Below, in pieces: positions 43,435 through 52,124 of a DNA stretch of 64,000 bases (positions are counted from its first letter, which is position 1; each line of letters starts with the position of its first letter). Where the stretch lies: the NCBI GenBank assembly GCA_965223265.1, contig OZ244999.1, positions 8,320,001 through 8,384,000 of the forward strand, written 5' to 3'. Below the pieces are notes generated by a model. The model was not told the DNA's origin. It ran no database searches and saw only the letters and a list, made by a program, of their open reading frames with translations. This stretch comes from Planctomycetota bacterium (GTDB lineage Bacteria > Planctomycetota > UBA8108 > SXIK01). Position numbers and translations under genes: made by a program.

Positions 43435-44829
43435 TCATCGCGCCACCGCGTTTGCCGGGCGTGGCCCTTGCCACGGTACGCCTCCGGTGCGTCGGATGTG
43501 TTCTCGGAGCGCTGCGCCGAGCTCTCGCATCTTCACTGAATGGAGTTGGGAGAGATCGTTTTGCTCGCGCGGATCGAGCCGAAGATTGTACAACTCTTGG
43601 GGTGCATAAGGCGAGTTTTGTAGCAGTTTCCAATCGCCGCGGATGACCGCTTCGATCGTCTTGCCACCGTACGCTCTGCCGCCTTCGCGTCGTGTAAAGA
43701 AAACGTCGCGCGCTGGATAATCCACTTTTTCGCCAAGAAGCGTCGGAAGAAAGCTCCGACCGTCGATCCCGGCAGCTGGTTGGGCACCCGCCGCCGCGAG
43801 CAGAGTCGGAAAAATGTCCATCGTCAGGGCGACTTCTTGGGTGGTCGTCGCCGCACCAATGTGTCCCGGCCAGGCTGCGATCGTTGGTACGCGAATTCCA
43901 CCCTCGTATACGCTCTGCTTGCCGTCGCGATAGGCTCCGTTGTTGGCGCCGACGCGGAGCAGACCGCCGTTGTCGGACGAGAAGATCACGAGAGTGTTCT
44001 CTTCCAACCCGGTCTTTTTCAAAGTGTTGAGTACCTTGCCGATGCCGGCATCCAGGTGTTCGATAAAAGCTACGAGACGGGCTCGCGTCGGCGAGATGCC
44101 CTTCTCTCGTGCGAGGACTTTGTCGACCCACTCCTGCGGCGGCTGAATCGGTGTGTGAGGCGCGTTGTAGGCGAGATAGAGAAAGAACGGAACAGTTGAT
44201 CGACTCATCTCGATCAGGTAGTCAGACGCCCACGCGCTGAACAGATCTGTCGCATGACCGGGAGGATCGATGACGGTATCGCCCCGGCGCATGTAGTTGA
44301 TGCCGTGGCGGCGATGGTTGTAGTAGTCATCCATCATGTCGCCGAGAAAACCGTGGAAGAGATCGAAGCCTCGATCGTGCGGTCGATTCGGTTTCTCGAG
44401 GCCGAGATGCCATTTGCCCACGAGCGCAGTGTGGTACCCAGCTGCCTTCAGAAGTTGCGGCAGGAGAACCGCGTCAGCGCTGAGATAGCCCCAGTTGTTC
44501 TCGGCGTGGGTACGGACGACGCCGGGGATGCCGACCAGTTCGGGATATCGCCCCGAAAGGAGTGCGGCGCGGGTCGGAGAGCAAACCGGGCAGTTGGCAT
44601 AGAAGTTCTTGAACGACATACCGCGCGCCGCCAGTGAATCGATGCTCGGCGTGCGCATGTCTTTGGAACCGTATGAGGACAGGTCGGCGAAGCCGAGGTC
44701 ATCGACGAGAATGACGAGAAGATTGGGTCTCTTCGGAACGCCCTCTTGAGCCATCGTCGTCGCTGTCGTCAAGAGGAGATAACAAACGGAGAAAACCAAA
44801 AAGGTGGCGAAGTGACACTGTCGAAACAT
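43435..44829 (-). CDS. Secreted sulfatase
   Basis: DDLG, CSPTRAALLSG (formylglycine motif), GKWHLG, SDNG. Confidence 0.95.
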   Translation of the reverse strand: MFRQCHFATFLVFSVCYLLLTTATTMAQEGVPKRPNLLVILVDDLGFADLSSYGSKDMRTPSIDSLAARGMSFKNFYANCPVCSPTRAALLSGRYPELVGIPGVVRTHAENNWGYLSADAVLLPQLLKAAGYHTALVGKWHLGLEKPNRPHDRGFDLFHGFLGDMMDDYYNHRRHGINYMRRGDTVIDPPGHATDLFSAWASDYLIEMSRSTVPFFLYLAYNAPHTPIQPPQEWVDKVLAREKGISPTRARLVAFIEHLDAGIGKVLNTLKKTGLEENTLVIFSSDNGGLLRVGANNGAYRDGKQSVYEGGIRVPTIAAWPGHIGAATTTQEVALTMDIFPTLLAAAGAQPAAGIDGRSFLPTLLGEKVDYPARDVFFTRREGGRAYGGKTIEAVIRGDWKLLQNSPYAPQELYNLRLDPREQNDLSQLHSVKMRELGAALREHIRRTGGVPWQGPRPANAVAR

Positions 44830-44914
44830 GGATGATGCAACCTCGATGGATGTCGACTCTGTGGTGGAAGGTGCGACGTGAGTGGTAGCCCGAGCGTCAG
44901 TCGCCTAAAGTTAA

Positions 44915-44963
44915 CAACCTGCCTGAAAAAGTGCTTCGGCCGAATGACTTTTTCAACGGGCTG
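44915..44963. mobile_element. 49-bp minimal MITE of the 2331-2489 family
   Basis: TTAA|CAACCTGCCTGAAAAAGTGCTTCGGCCGAATGACTTTTTCAACGGGCTG|TTAA. Equals the two ends of the 159-bp element joined. Confidence 0.8.
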
Positions 44964-46230
44964 TTAAGAGGCGGAGCACGTTTTGGCTGTCTTCGGCCGC
45001 TTTGACTTCGGTGTTCTTCTGTAGGATTTTGCCGTTCCTTCCGATCACGAATGTCCAGCGCTGTGCGGTTACGCCGCGCGTCAACGTCAACTTCTTACCG
45101 TCAACGGTGCGCTCGATCGATCCTCCTGGACGTAAAGGCACGCCGAATCGCCGTGCGACGCTGCCGTCTTCGTCCGCAAGCAGCCGAAAGTTGAGATCAT
45201 AGACGCGCTTGAAGATTTGGTGGTTGGCGACGCTGTCGCCACTGACGCCGACGATCTCCGTGTCCTTGCCCGCAAACGTCGCCAGTGCGTCGCGGAAGCC
45301 GCAGGCTTGCTTCGTACAGCCGCCAGTCATGTCGGCAGGATAGAAATAAACGACGACGTTTTTCTTCCCGAGGCGATCGAGTAAACGCCACGTCTCGCCG
45401 TTTTCGTCGACGGCCTCGAAGAGCGGTGCGAAATCACCCACCGCGACACTGCCTGCAGGGGTTGTCGACTTGTCGCGGTCCGTCAGTGGCCGAATCCAAA
45501 CGCTGCGAAAGCTCACAGCCGAGCCGTGATCCTGTAGGAAAAGAGGTTTCTTGTAGAGGGGCTTGGCAGGAACGATTGAATTGGTCGGACCGTAGATCGT
45601 GACGTTGTCGTGAATGAGGACGCCGTTGTGGAACACCGTGAACGTGCCGCGCTTGACCTCGTTGCCGATTGAATCGAAACGCGGAGCCCGGAAGATGATG
45701 TCGAAGCTCTCCCATTCGCCTGGCTTACGGCTGGCGTTCACCAAGGGGGGATGCTGCACGTAGACGGCGCCTGCCTGCCCTTCCGGACGCACCTCGCGCA
45801 TGTAGGAGTTGATGATCTGGATCTCGTAGCGTTCGTGAAACTTGATGCCGCTGTTGCCTTTATGCTTGTCCGCTTCGACATCGGCTGACGTACGCCATTC
45901 GACGTGGAACTGACAGTCCCCGAACGCGTCTTTGGTCGAGATGCTCCCGCTGCCGTTGCTCGTGACGATGCCGTCGGCGACCGTCCAGCGCGCTGGCCCC
46001 CGATCTTCAGTACTGACCCATTTCGAAAGGTCTGTGCCGTCGAAGAGGACGATCGCGTCGGAAGGCACACGAGCGGGTTGTTCGGCTGGAGGGCCAGGAT
46101 TGACATATCGCGGCGGCGGAACGTCGAGCCGTTTCTTGTCAGCGTTTACGGAGCCAGAAGTGAGCGAAATCGTCAGCAGAACTGCGAGCGACGCGAATCG
46201 ATGCAGCAAGACTCGATGGATAGAGCTCAT
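44953..46230 (-). CDS. Secreted DUF1080 (family 16-like) domain fused to a BCP-type peroxiredoxin
   Basis: LFDGTDLS.W, GNSG, YEIQI, LQDHG..V.FR..W, then YFYPADMTGGCTKQAC.FRD. Confidence 0.85.
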   Translation of the reverse strand: MSSIHRVLLHRFASLAVLLTISLTSGSVNADKKRLDVPPPRYVNPGPPAEQPARVPSDAIVLFDGTDLSKWVSTEDRGPARWTVADGIVTSNGSGSISTKDAFGDCQFHVEWRTSADVEADKHKGNSGIKFHERYEIQIINSYMREVRPEGQAGAVYVQHPPLVNASRKPGEWESFDIIFRAPRFDSIGNEVKRGTFTVFHNGVLIHDNVTIYGPTNSIVPAKPLYKKPLFLQDHGSAVSFRSVWIRPLTDRDKSTTPAGSVAVGDFAPLFEAVDENGETWRLLDRLGKKNVVVYFYPADMTGGCTKQACGFRDALATFAGKDTEIVGVSGDSVANHQIFKRVYDLNFRLLADEDGSVARRFGVPLRPGGSIERTVDGKKLTLTRGVTAQRWTFVIGRNGKILQKNTEVKAAEDSQNVLRLLTAR

Positions 46231-46300
46231 CGGCGTACCTCAACGAGATGATTGGGCAGGAGGGATTGTTCTCCACGCATCGATCGAGTCGCGGAAAACT

Positions 46301-46481
46301 TAGCCCGCATTTCTCACCAGAATCCGAAGCGAGGAGCCGTAAGTCGTGTCGTGGCAAGGAAGACTTTGCGATGCGACCGCAGGCGTGCTTCCTGCACATT
46401 GAGGATCGAATCGTGAAGTCTGACGCAGTCCACGGCGCGACTTACAGCCCGCAGTAGGAATCTGGTGAGAAATGCGGGTTA
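46301..46481. mobile_element. About 180-bp hairpin MITE with 25-bp terminal IRs
   Basis: TAGCCCGCATTTCTCACCAGAATCC ... GGAATCTGGTGAGAAATGCGGGTTA, plus an inner IR. TA at both ends. Confidence 0.75.
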
Positions 46482-46615
46482 CATGGGAGACCACCACTCT
46501 AACCCGCAGCTGTCCCGGATTCTACCGCCCGGCAGCCCGGTGTTGGCCGGCATCTCGAGTTGCTAAAGGCCGCGAAGCGACAGCGGCCAAACTGGCGAGT
46601 CGCCAGGTCTGCGCA

Positions 46616-47641
46616 TTACTTCTGCGGCGAGTTCTTGCGGTGTTGGCTCAGCCAGGCAACGCTTGCGGCTGGCAGCATTTCGTGACCACCTTCGAAAATG
46701 GTCAGGCGAACTTTTCCTGCGGATCGGCGCAGATGGATTACGCGCCCGTACGTCGGGTCGACCACCTGGTCAGACGCCTGAGGGTTTCGCAGGTGACCGT
46801 TCTGGCGCGACAGGTCTTTGATGTCGCCGGCTGCCACCACTTCGCCTCCGGCCGCCGCCGCGACGACGTTGTACGCCGCGACGCTGTGCCACACTGGAAC
46901 CGAGCCGCGGTGGCCGTCGTGGACTCCTGTGGCAATATCGAGCGGCACGTTCGTCGCAGCCTCGAGAAAGTGGATCGGGGAACGCTGGTAAAACTCGGCT
47001 GTCACCTCCGCGCTGGTTCCAGGAGCGCCGCCGCAAACGCGTCGCATCATTTCACCGTAGCTCGATCGAGCTTGGAACCGGTGCCACTCCGTGAGGTCGC
47101 TGATGCCTGCCCAGGCGCTCGCGGCCGTCCACACTTCAGGATGACGGGCTACCATCAGCAGTGTCATGTGCCCGCCGCCCGAGACGCCTGTGAGGTAGAC
47201 GCGTGAGGCGTCGACTGCGTGATGCTTCTTTGCCCACGCGACCGCGTCGAGGATGTCGCGGCGCGCCTTGTCGGAGCCGCAGGCGTCGGGTTGATCGTTG
47301 CGGCCGCGAAAATGAGGAAAGAGATAGATCCACCCCCGTTCAAGCGCCGCCCGTTCGAGTTCGGTGTGGCGCTGCTCGAGTCCGCCACTCCATGTGTGCA
47401 GAGCGACGAGAAGCGGCACGGCGGGGCTGCGTTTGTCGTAGCCGGGCGGAAGGATGATCCAGCAAGGCTGCTCCGTGCCGTCGAGGCTGCTTGTGATGAT
47501 GGTCTTCTCGCGATGCGATCCCGCGGGAAGTTCGTCGTCCGCGGCGGACCCAGGTTCGCAAAGCGTGAGCGCACTAAGAAGCAAGCTGAGGAATCGAATT
47601 GACGCCACTTGTCGGCTGGTCGAGAGGGAACTACGTCTCAC
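46616..47641 (-). CDS. Secreted S9-like serine peptidase / alpha-beta hydrolase
   Basis: LLVALHTWS, GVSGGG nucleophile elbow, FEGGHE. Confidence 0.85.
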   Translation of the reverse strand: MRRSSLSTSRQVASIRFLSLLLSALTLCEPGSAADDELPAGSHREKTIITSSLDGTEQPCWIILPPGYDKRSPAVPLLVALHTWSGGLEQRHTELERAALERGWIYLFPHFRGRNDQPDACGSDKARRDILDAVAWAKKHHAVDASRVYLTGVSGGGHMTLLMVARHPEVWTAASAWAGISDLTEWHRFQARSSYGEMMRRVCGGAPGTSAEVTAEFYQRSPIHFLEAATNVPLDIATGVHDGHRGSVPVWHSVAAYNVVAAAAGGEVVAAGDIKDLSRQNGHLRNPQASDQVVDPTYGRVIHLRRSAGKVRLTIFEGGHEMLPAASVAWLSQHRKNSPQK

Positions 47642-47791
47642 TATCCGCTATCCTGTCGTTGTGGATGTGTGGAAGAACCGCTGCGGCGACGCGGTTTGCT
47701 GCGATCGTGGGTGGGAGTGCGGCGGGGAGGGGCTAACCATCAAGCTACGCAACGAATCGCACGTAAACAAGCGGAAACGACTGCGCGTCGC

Positions 47792-48217
47792 TCACTCGTG
47801 GAAGCGGTCCACCCATTCGGGACGCGGAATGTGACAGGTCTCGCGTCGCCCGAACCAGCGGTAGCGGTTGCGAGCAATCCAGCGATAGACGGCGTCGCGG
47901 ACGAACACGGGAACGACGCGAAAGGCGGCGAGGAGTTTCCACGGCAGCGGCAACTTCGCAAACACGCGGAGGATGGCGGTCGAGTGTGTCGACACGGAAC
48001 CGTCGACCTCGACGAGGACGACGCTCTCAAGGCTATCCTGAGGCAAGTCGTGGCGGTGCAGGAGGCCGCGCGCGAACTCCGATTGGAGCGGTGCAAAGTG
48101 GAACAGGCCGCCTCGGTCGCGCTTGAGAACGAAGAGGACCGTTCGGTCGCAGAGGTGGCAGACACCGTCGAAAAGCATGACTGGATGTTCCAGTCCGCTG
48201 CCAGCGGGTGATTTCAT
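47792..48217 (-). CDS. DCC-family thiol-disulfide oxidoreductase (YuxK-like)
   Basis: LFDGVCHLC, FAPLQS, RD.VYRWIARNRYRWFG. Confidence 0.9.
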   Translation of the reverse strand: MKSPAGSGLEHPVMLFDGVCHLCDRTVLFVLKRDRGGLFHFAPLQSEFARGLLHRHDLPQDSLESVVLVEVDGSVSTHSTAILRVFAKLPLPWKLLAAFRVVPVFVRDAVYRWIARNRYRWFGRRETCHIPRPEWVDRFHE

Positions 48218-48385
48218 CGATGGCTTAGACCCGGCGTCCATCTTCTTCTGCTTCGAAGTTAAAAACCTAACAGGTGGGAACGTCGTCTCTTCCCAACCGC
48301 GGAATCGCGGCGGCGATCACAGTCTTTCTACCGTTTTCGCCACGGCGCCGCTCTCCCTCTCTTCGTCTCAACTCAGCATCTGACT

Positions 48386-49087
48386 TCACTCGTGCGGCTC
48401 GACCGCCAGAAACGGCAGCTGACCGTCCGGGCTTGAGACGAGCCGCGGAACGAGGTCGCAGACTTCGGTGCGCAAACAGTACTCAAGGTCCGCTGTAGGA
48501 TAGTTGGTGTTCGTCGGATCGAGAAACTTCTCCCCCTGCGGGTGGCTGCGAATCGTTTCCCAAGCCGCTTCGAGGTCGAAACGCCTGCCCTCGATGAGCG
48601 CTTCGACGTACGCAGCGGCGAGATCATCCTCGGGCGACGGTATCTCTCCGGCGGTGCCGAGCGCCAGGAGCGACACCTGAGCAGGTCGAGCCCCGTCGAT
48701 GTAGCTCTTGACGGCGTGCGCGTTGAGAAAGGAGCCGCAAATGACCTCTGACGCTTTCTCCCAGGCGGCGACGAAGCCGCGACTGCCCGCGGAGGTGGTG
48801 AGGACGACCGTGCGCCTGGTCAGATCGATGCTCGCCGTCTCCGTCGGTGAGTTCCCGAGATCGAAGCCTTCTGGTGGAATGCCGCCGCGCTCGCCCGCCA
48901 AGACGTAGTCAGGGTGCGCCGCTTTGACCTCTCGCGCTTTGGCCACGGTGGCGACAGGAATGACCCGATCGGCACCGCGGGAGAACATCGTGACGATGTG
49001 GGAAGAGGCACGAAAGACATCGAAGACGACGGCGAGTCCGGTCGCGCGGCGGGCGCCCTCGACGAGCTGAAGTTTCTTGATCTGCAC
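48386..49087 (-). CDS. comB: 2-phosphosulfolactate phosphatase family protein
   Basis: DVFRASS, LAGERGG, FDLGNSP, LTTS.G, EDD.AA. Confidence 0.88.
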   Translation of the reverse strand: MQIKKLQLVEGARRATGLAVVFDVFRASSHIVTMFSRGADRVIPVATVAKAREVKAAHPDYVLAGERGGIPPEGFDLGNSPTETASIDLTRRTVVLTTSAGSRGFVAAWEKASEVICGSFLNAHAVKSYIDGARPAQVSLLALGTAGEIPSPEDDLAAAYVEALIEGRRFDLEAAWETIRSHPQGEKFLDPTNTNYPTADLEYCLRTEVCDLVPRLVSSPDGQLPFLAVEPHE

Positions 49088-49338
49088 TTGCGCTGGAAGG
49101 AGGGGAATCGTTCCGGAAAAAGTTGATCAGAACGAGGCGAATCGAGGTGTCGTCGATGCTGCTTCGGTGCACCTACTCGCGTCATGCGCCTCCGTCGCCC
49201 AATTCGAACTATACACTTTCAAGCTCGTAGTAGAAACTCATCAGCGCTCCGGGTTAGTGTGGCGCCTACCAGAGACGCGGTACTCGAGACGCTCGCGAAG
49301 CGCTGAGCGTAAAGACTTCGATTGCTGAGAGGTCCCCC

Positions 49339-50367
49339 ATGAACACGAATCACGAAGAGCAGAAACAAGAGCTCACGCGCCGCTCCTTCATCGGCACCGG
49401 AGGATCATTGGTCGGCGCAGCGGCGCTTGGCGTCTCGCTGAGCGGATGCGAGACCAGCGCTCAGCTCTCCGGCGCCTCGAAAGGGTCTACGGACCTCGGT
49501 GAGATACCGCGTCGGCTGCTCGGACGCACAGGAGCGAAGGTCAGTCTTCTTGGCCTCGGTACTGCGTGCACTGGTGAAGGGCCTCAAACCACGGCCGAGT
49601 GCGTCGAGGTCTACAGCGAAGCGATCGACCGCGGTATCAACTACATCGACACCGCGCGAATTTACGGCAATGCCGAGGAGGCGCTGAAGGGGGTGCTGAA
49701 GACGCGGCGTGACGACGTCTTTTTGGTCACGAAGTGTTTTACGGACACGGCAGCCGAAGCGCAGGAGTCGTTCGAGACCTCGCTGCGCACCATGGGCGTC
49801 GATCACGTCGACGTTCTGCATTTACACTCGGCGGGCGATCGTGACCTCGATCGTGTTTTGGCGCCTGGCGGCGCCTGGGAGTATCTCCTCAAGATGAAGG
49901 AGAGCGGGAAAGCACGCTTCCTTGGCATCACCGGGCATAGTCGTCCTGCGAATTTTGTCCGCATGCTCGACACCAAACAGGTCGACGTGATGATGGTGGC
50001 CATGAACTTCGTCGACCGACACGTCTATGGTTTCGAGGAAAAGGTCCTCCCCCGGGCGCGAGAACTCGGCACCGGTGTCATGGCCATGAAGGTGTTCGGC
50101 GGAATCTTGGGTGGATTCGCATTCAACCGCCAGCGTCGTCCGTCGCAGATGAATCCCGCATTTCTGCAGATCGCGGCGCGCTACTCGCTCAGCCTTGAGG
50201 GTGTCACCGGCGTCGTGATCGGGTGTCACGACACGTCGGAGCTGCGGCAGAACATTCGTTACGTGCTCAACGCTCCGCCACTCTCCGAGGCGGAGCTCGC
50301 GGCTCTGAAGTCGCACGGCGAACGGCTGGCGGCAGAGTGGGGCCCGCGTTTCGGGCCGGTTGTGTAG
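49339..50367 (+). CDS. Tat-exported aldo/keto reductase
   Basis: TRRSFI Tat motif, LGRTG, GINYIDTARIYG, GITGH, AMKVFG. Confidence 0.92.
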   Translation: MNTNHEEQKQELTRRSFIGTGGSLVGAAALGVSLSGCETSAQLSGASKGSTDLGEIPRRLLGRTGAKVSLLGLGTACTGEGPQTTAECVEVYSEAIDRGINYIDTARIYGNAEEALKGVLKTRRDDVFLVTKCFTDTAAEAQESFETSLRTMGVDHVDVLHLHSAGDRDLDRVLAPGGAWEYLLKMKESGKARFLGITGHSRPANFVRMLDTKQVDVMMVAMNFVDRHVYGFEEKVLPRARELGTGVMAMKVFGGILGGFAFNRQRRPSQMNPAFLQIAARYSLSLEGVTGVVIGCHDTSELRQNIRYVLNAPPLSEAELAALKSHGERLAAEWGPRFGPVV

Positions 50368-50380
50368 TCGGCGTTAGGAT

Positions 50381-50617
50381 CAGAAGCAGAGACGGAAGCA
50401 GAGACGGAAGCAGAGACGGAAGCAGACGGAAGCAGAGACGGAAGCAGAGACAGAAGCAGAGACAGAAGCAGAGACAGAAGCAGAGACAGAGCAGAGACAG
50501 AAGCAGAGACGGAAGCAGAGACAGAAGCAGAGACAGAAGCAGAGACAGAAGCAGAGACAGAAGCAGAGACAGAAGCAGAGACAGAAGCAGAGACAGAAGC
50601 AGAGACAGAAGCAGAGA
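50381..50617. repeat. Tandem array of about 20 x 12-mer GAAGCAGAGAC(A/G)
   Basis: Read directly. Two units carry 1-2 nt deletions. Confidence 0.95.
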
Positions 50618-50642
50618 AGAGGTGTGCCGCCAAGGGGCGTTT

Positions 50643-50825
50643 GCGGCGGCGGTATTGTCGAGCGTAGCCGGAGTGCGGACGGGGTCAAGGGTGCCCTCGC
50701 TTCGCTCGGCGCTTCGCGCCTTCTGAGAGTGACCGCACCCCGTCCGCCCTGCGGCTCGGGGAGTGAAACGCCGCCGCGTCGGGCGTGCGGCGACAAGTCA
50801 CTGGGCCGTTGACCGGAGTCTTCTC
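50643..50825 (+). promoter_or_regulatory. Conserved nested-hairpin leader of four-helix-bundle gene A
   Basis: Two blocks near-identical to the reverse complement of 51994-52115. Stems at 50643-51/50769-77 and 50675-85/50737-47. Confidence 0.7.
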
Positions 50826-51149
50826 ATGGGCTTTCTCGCTTTGGATCACTCTGTTGGCATCGTTCGTCAGTTGCGTCCGCTTGTCTCGCGTGTGCGTCGT
50901 CACGACTCGAGGCTTGCCGCTCAGCTGCGCGACGCGGGGTCCTCCGTGGCGCTGAATTTGGGCGAGGGCAATCGGCGCTCTGGTCGTGACCGCGGGCATC
51001 TCTGGCGTGTTGCCTCAGGCAGTGCCGAAGAGGTGCGTACGGCGCTTCGTGTTGCTGAGGCTTGGGGCTACGTCGATGCGCAGGAGACAGCTTCGGTGCT
51101 TGGGGACATCGACGAGCTGCAGGCGATGCTTTGGAAGCTGACGCGCTGA
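50826..51149 (+). CDS. Four helix bundle protein A (23S rRNA IVP / bAvd-like fold)
   Basis: QLRDAGSSVALNLGEG and A.GSA.E family signatures. 107 aa. Confidence 0.9.
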   Translation: MGFLALDHSVGIVRQLRPLVSRVRRHDSRLAAQLRDAGSSVALNLGEGNRRSGRDRGHLWRVASGSAEEVRTALRVAEAWGYVDAQETASVLGDIDELQAMLWKLTR

Positions 51150-51163
51150 GCTTGGGGTCTTGG

Positions 51164-51193
51164 GCCCGTCGTGCCTTTTTTGGCGCGGCGGGT
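51164..51193 (+). terminator. Hairpin 3' of gene A
   Basis: GCCCGTCGTGCC-TTTTTT-GGCGCGGCGGGT, a 12-bp stem with G.U pairs on the sense strand. Confidence 0.5.
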
Positions 51194-51250
51194 TTGAGGC
51201 GGGGGAGAGGCAGAGGGAGAGACGGGGACGGAACCGGAGGCAGAGACAGA

Positions 51251-51460
51251 CCTCAACGTTGCAAAAGAGACGCGCCTTAAGACCGTGCGCGATTGCGATT
51301 GAGTGAAAGTTTGCGTGTGGGTGTGCGTGGGCGAGGGGGAACACGGCACACCGTCAACCTCACCAAACGTGAGGTCCGCCGCGACGTCCTTCAACTGCCG
51401 ATCGAACCTCAGGGAAAGGGTTTCTGAGCCCTTCCTGCGAAAACTTATGCAACTGTCGGG
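51251..51460 (-). mobile_element. 210-bp MITE, copy 2 (inverted)
   Basis: Reverse complement of 34411-34620, one terminal mismatch seen. ACAGA on both flanks. Confidence 0.88.
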
Positions 51461-51570
51461 ACAGAGTCAGAATCAGAGACGGATGACGGATAGAGATACA
51501 GAACCAGATGACAGAGTCAGCGACGGAGACAGAATCAGAGACGAGATGACAGAGTCGGAATCAGATCCAG
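51461..51570. repeat. Degenerate GA-rich hexamer tract
   Basis: ACAGAG TCAGAA TCAGAG ACGGAT...; a similar tract lies at about 51196-51250. Confidence 0.7.
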
Positions 51571-51584
51571 AAGTCGCCGTGAGC

Positions 51585-51612
51585 AGCGCCCGCTACGAAA
51601 GTAGCGGGCGCT
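51585..51612. terminator. Perfect hairpin 3' of gene B
   Basis: AGCGCCCGCTAC-GAAA-GTAGCGGGCGCT. Confidence 0.6.
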
Positions 51613-51624
51613 TGGGCGTCTCGC

Positions 51625-51948
51625 TCAGCGCGTGAGGCCGCTGAGAAGAGCTAGGAGTCGATCGAGGGTCTGGAGAGGCACTGAGACGTCTTCGGTCTTG
51701 AGATCGCCCCAGGCCACAGAGAGCTGCAGGGCAGTCTCGACCTCCCGGGCACTGCCGCGGGCAGCGCGGTAGAGGTGCAGCGGATCTTTCCCAGCGCGCT
51801 CGGCCCCCTCCGAGAGATTGAGCGCGACGGAAGAGGCAGCCCGACGAATCTGCCGATGGAGATCGGGATCAAGCCTCCGAAGCCGCAGCAATGGAGCCCG
51901 CAAGTCGCGAATCAAACCAAGACTGACATCGAGAGCGATGAAGCGCAT
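51625..51948 (-). CDS. Four helix bundle protein B (paralog of A)
   Basis: QIRRAASSVALNLSEG, ARGSARE. 107 aa, about 53/107 identical to A without gaps (hand count). Confidence 0.9.
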   Translation of the reverse strand: MRFIALDVSLGLIRDLRAPLLRLRRLDPDLHRQIRRAASSVALNLSEGAERAGKDPLHLYRAARGSAREVETALQLSVAWGDLKTEDVSVPLQTLDRLLALLSGLTR

Positions 51949-52115
51949 GAAAGACCTCCGCAGAACGTAGAGTGAACAGCTCCGCCGCGTCCGGGCGGCG
52001 GTACTCCACCCCCCGACGCGGAGCGGAGTGGGTGTCAAGGGCGCGCAGCGCCGAGCGCAGCGAGGGCACCCTTGACAGTTCCGAGCACCGCGTACGCTCG
52101 ACAAGACCGCCGCCG
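51949..52115 (-). promoter_or_regulatory. Conserved nested-hairpin leader of gene B
   Basis: Stems GGCGGCGGT/ACCGCCGCC (51994-52002/52106-14) and TGTCAAGGG/CCCTTGACA (52033-41/52069-77). Confidence 0.7.
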
Positions 52116-52124
52116 TACGGTGAC

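Noticed and set aside
50381-50617. CRISPR array (also 34621-34710 and 52125-52230)
   Set aside because: Head-to-tail short units with no unique spacers, and no cas genes.
50826-51948. Diversity-generating retroelement suggested by the bAvd-like fold
   Set aside because: No reverse transcriptase and no TR/VR pair with adenine-specific mismatches seen. The 210-bp copies are essentially identical.
50826-51948. 23S rRNA intervening sequence
   Set aside because: No rRNA sequence flanks the genes.
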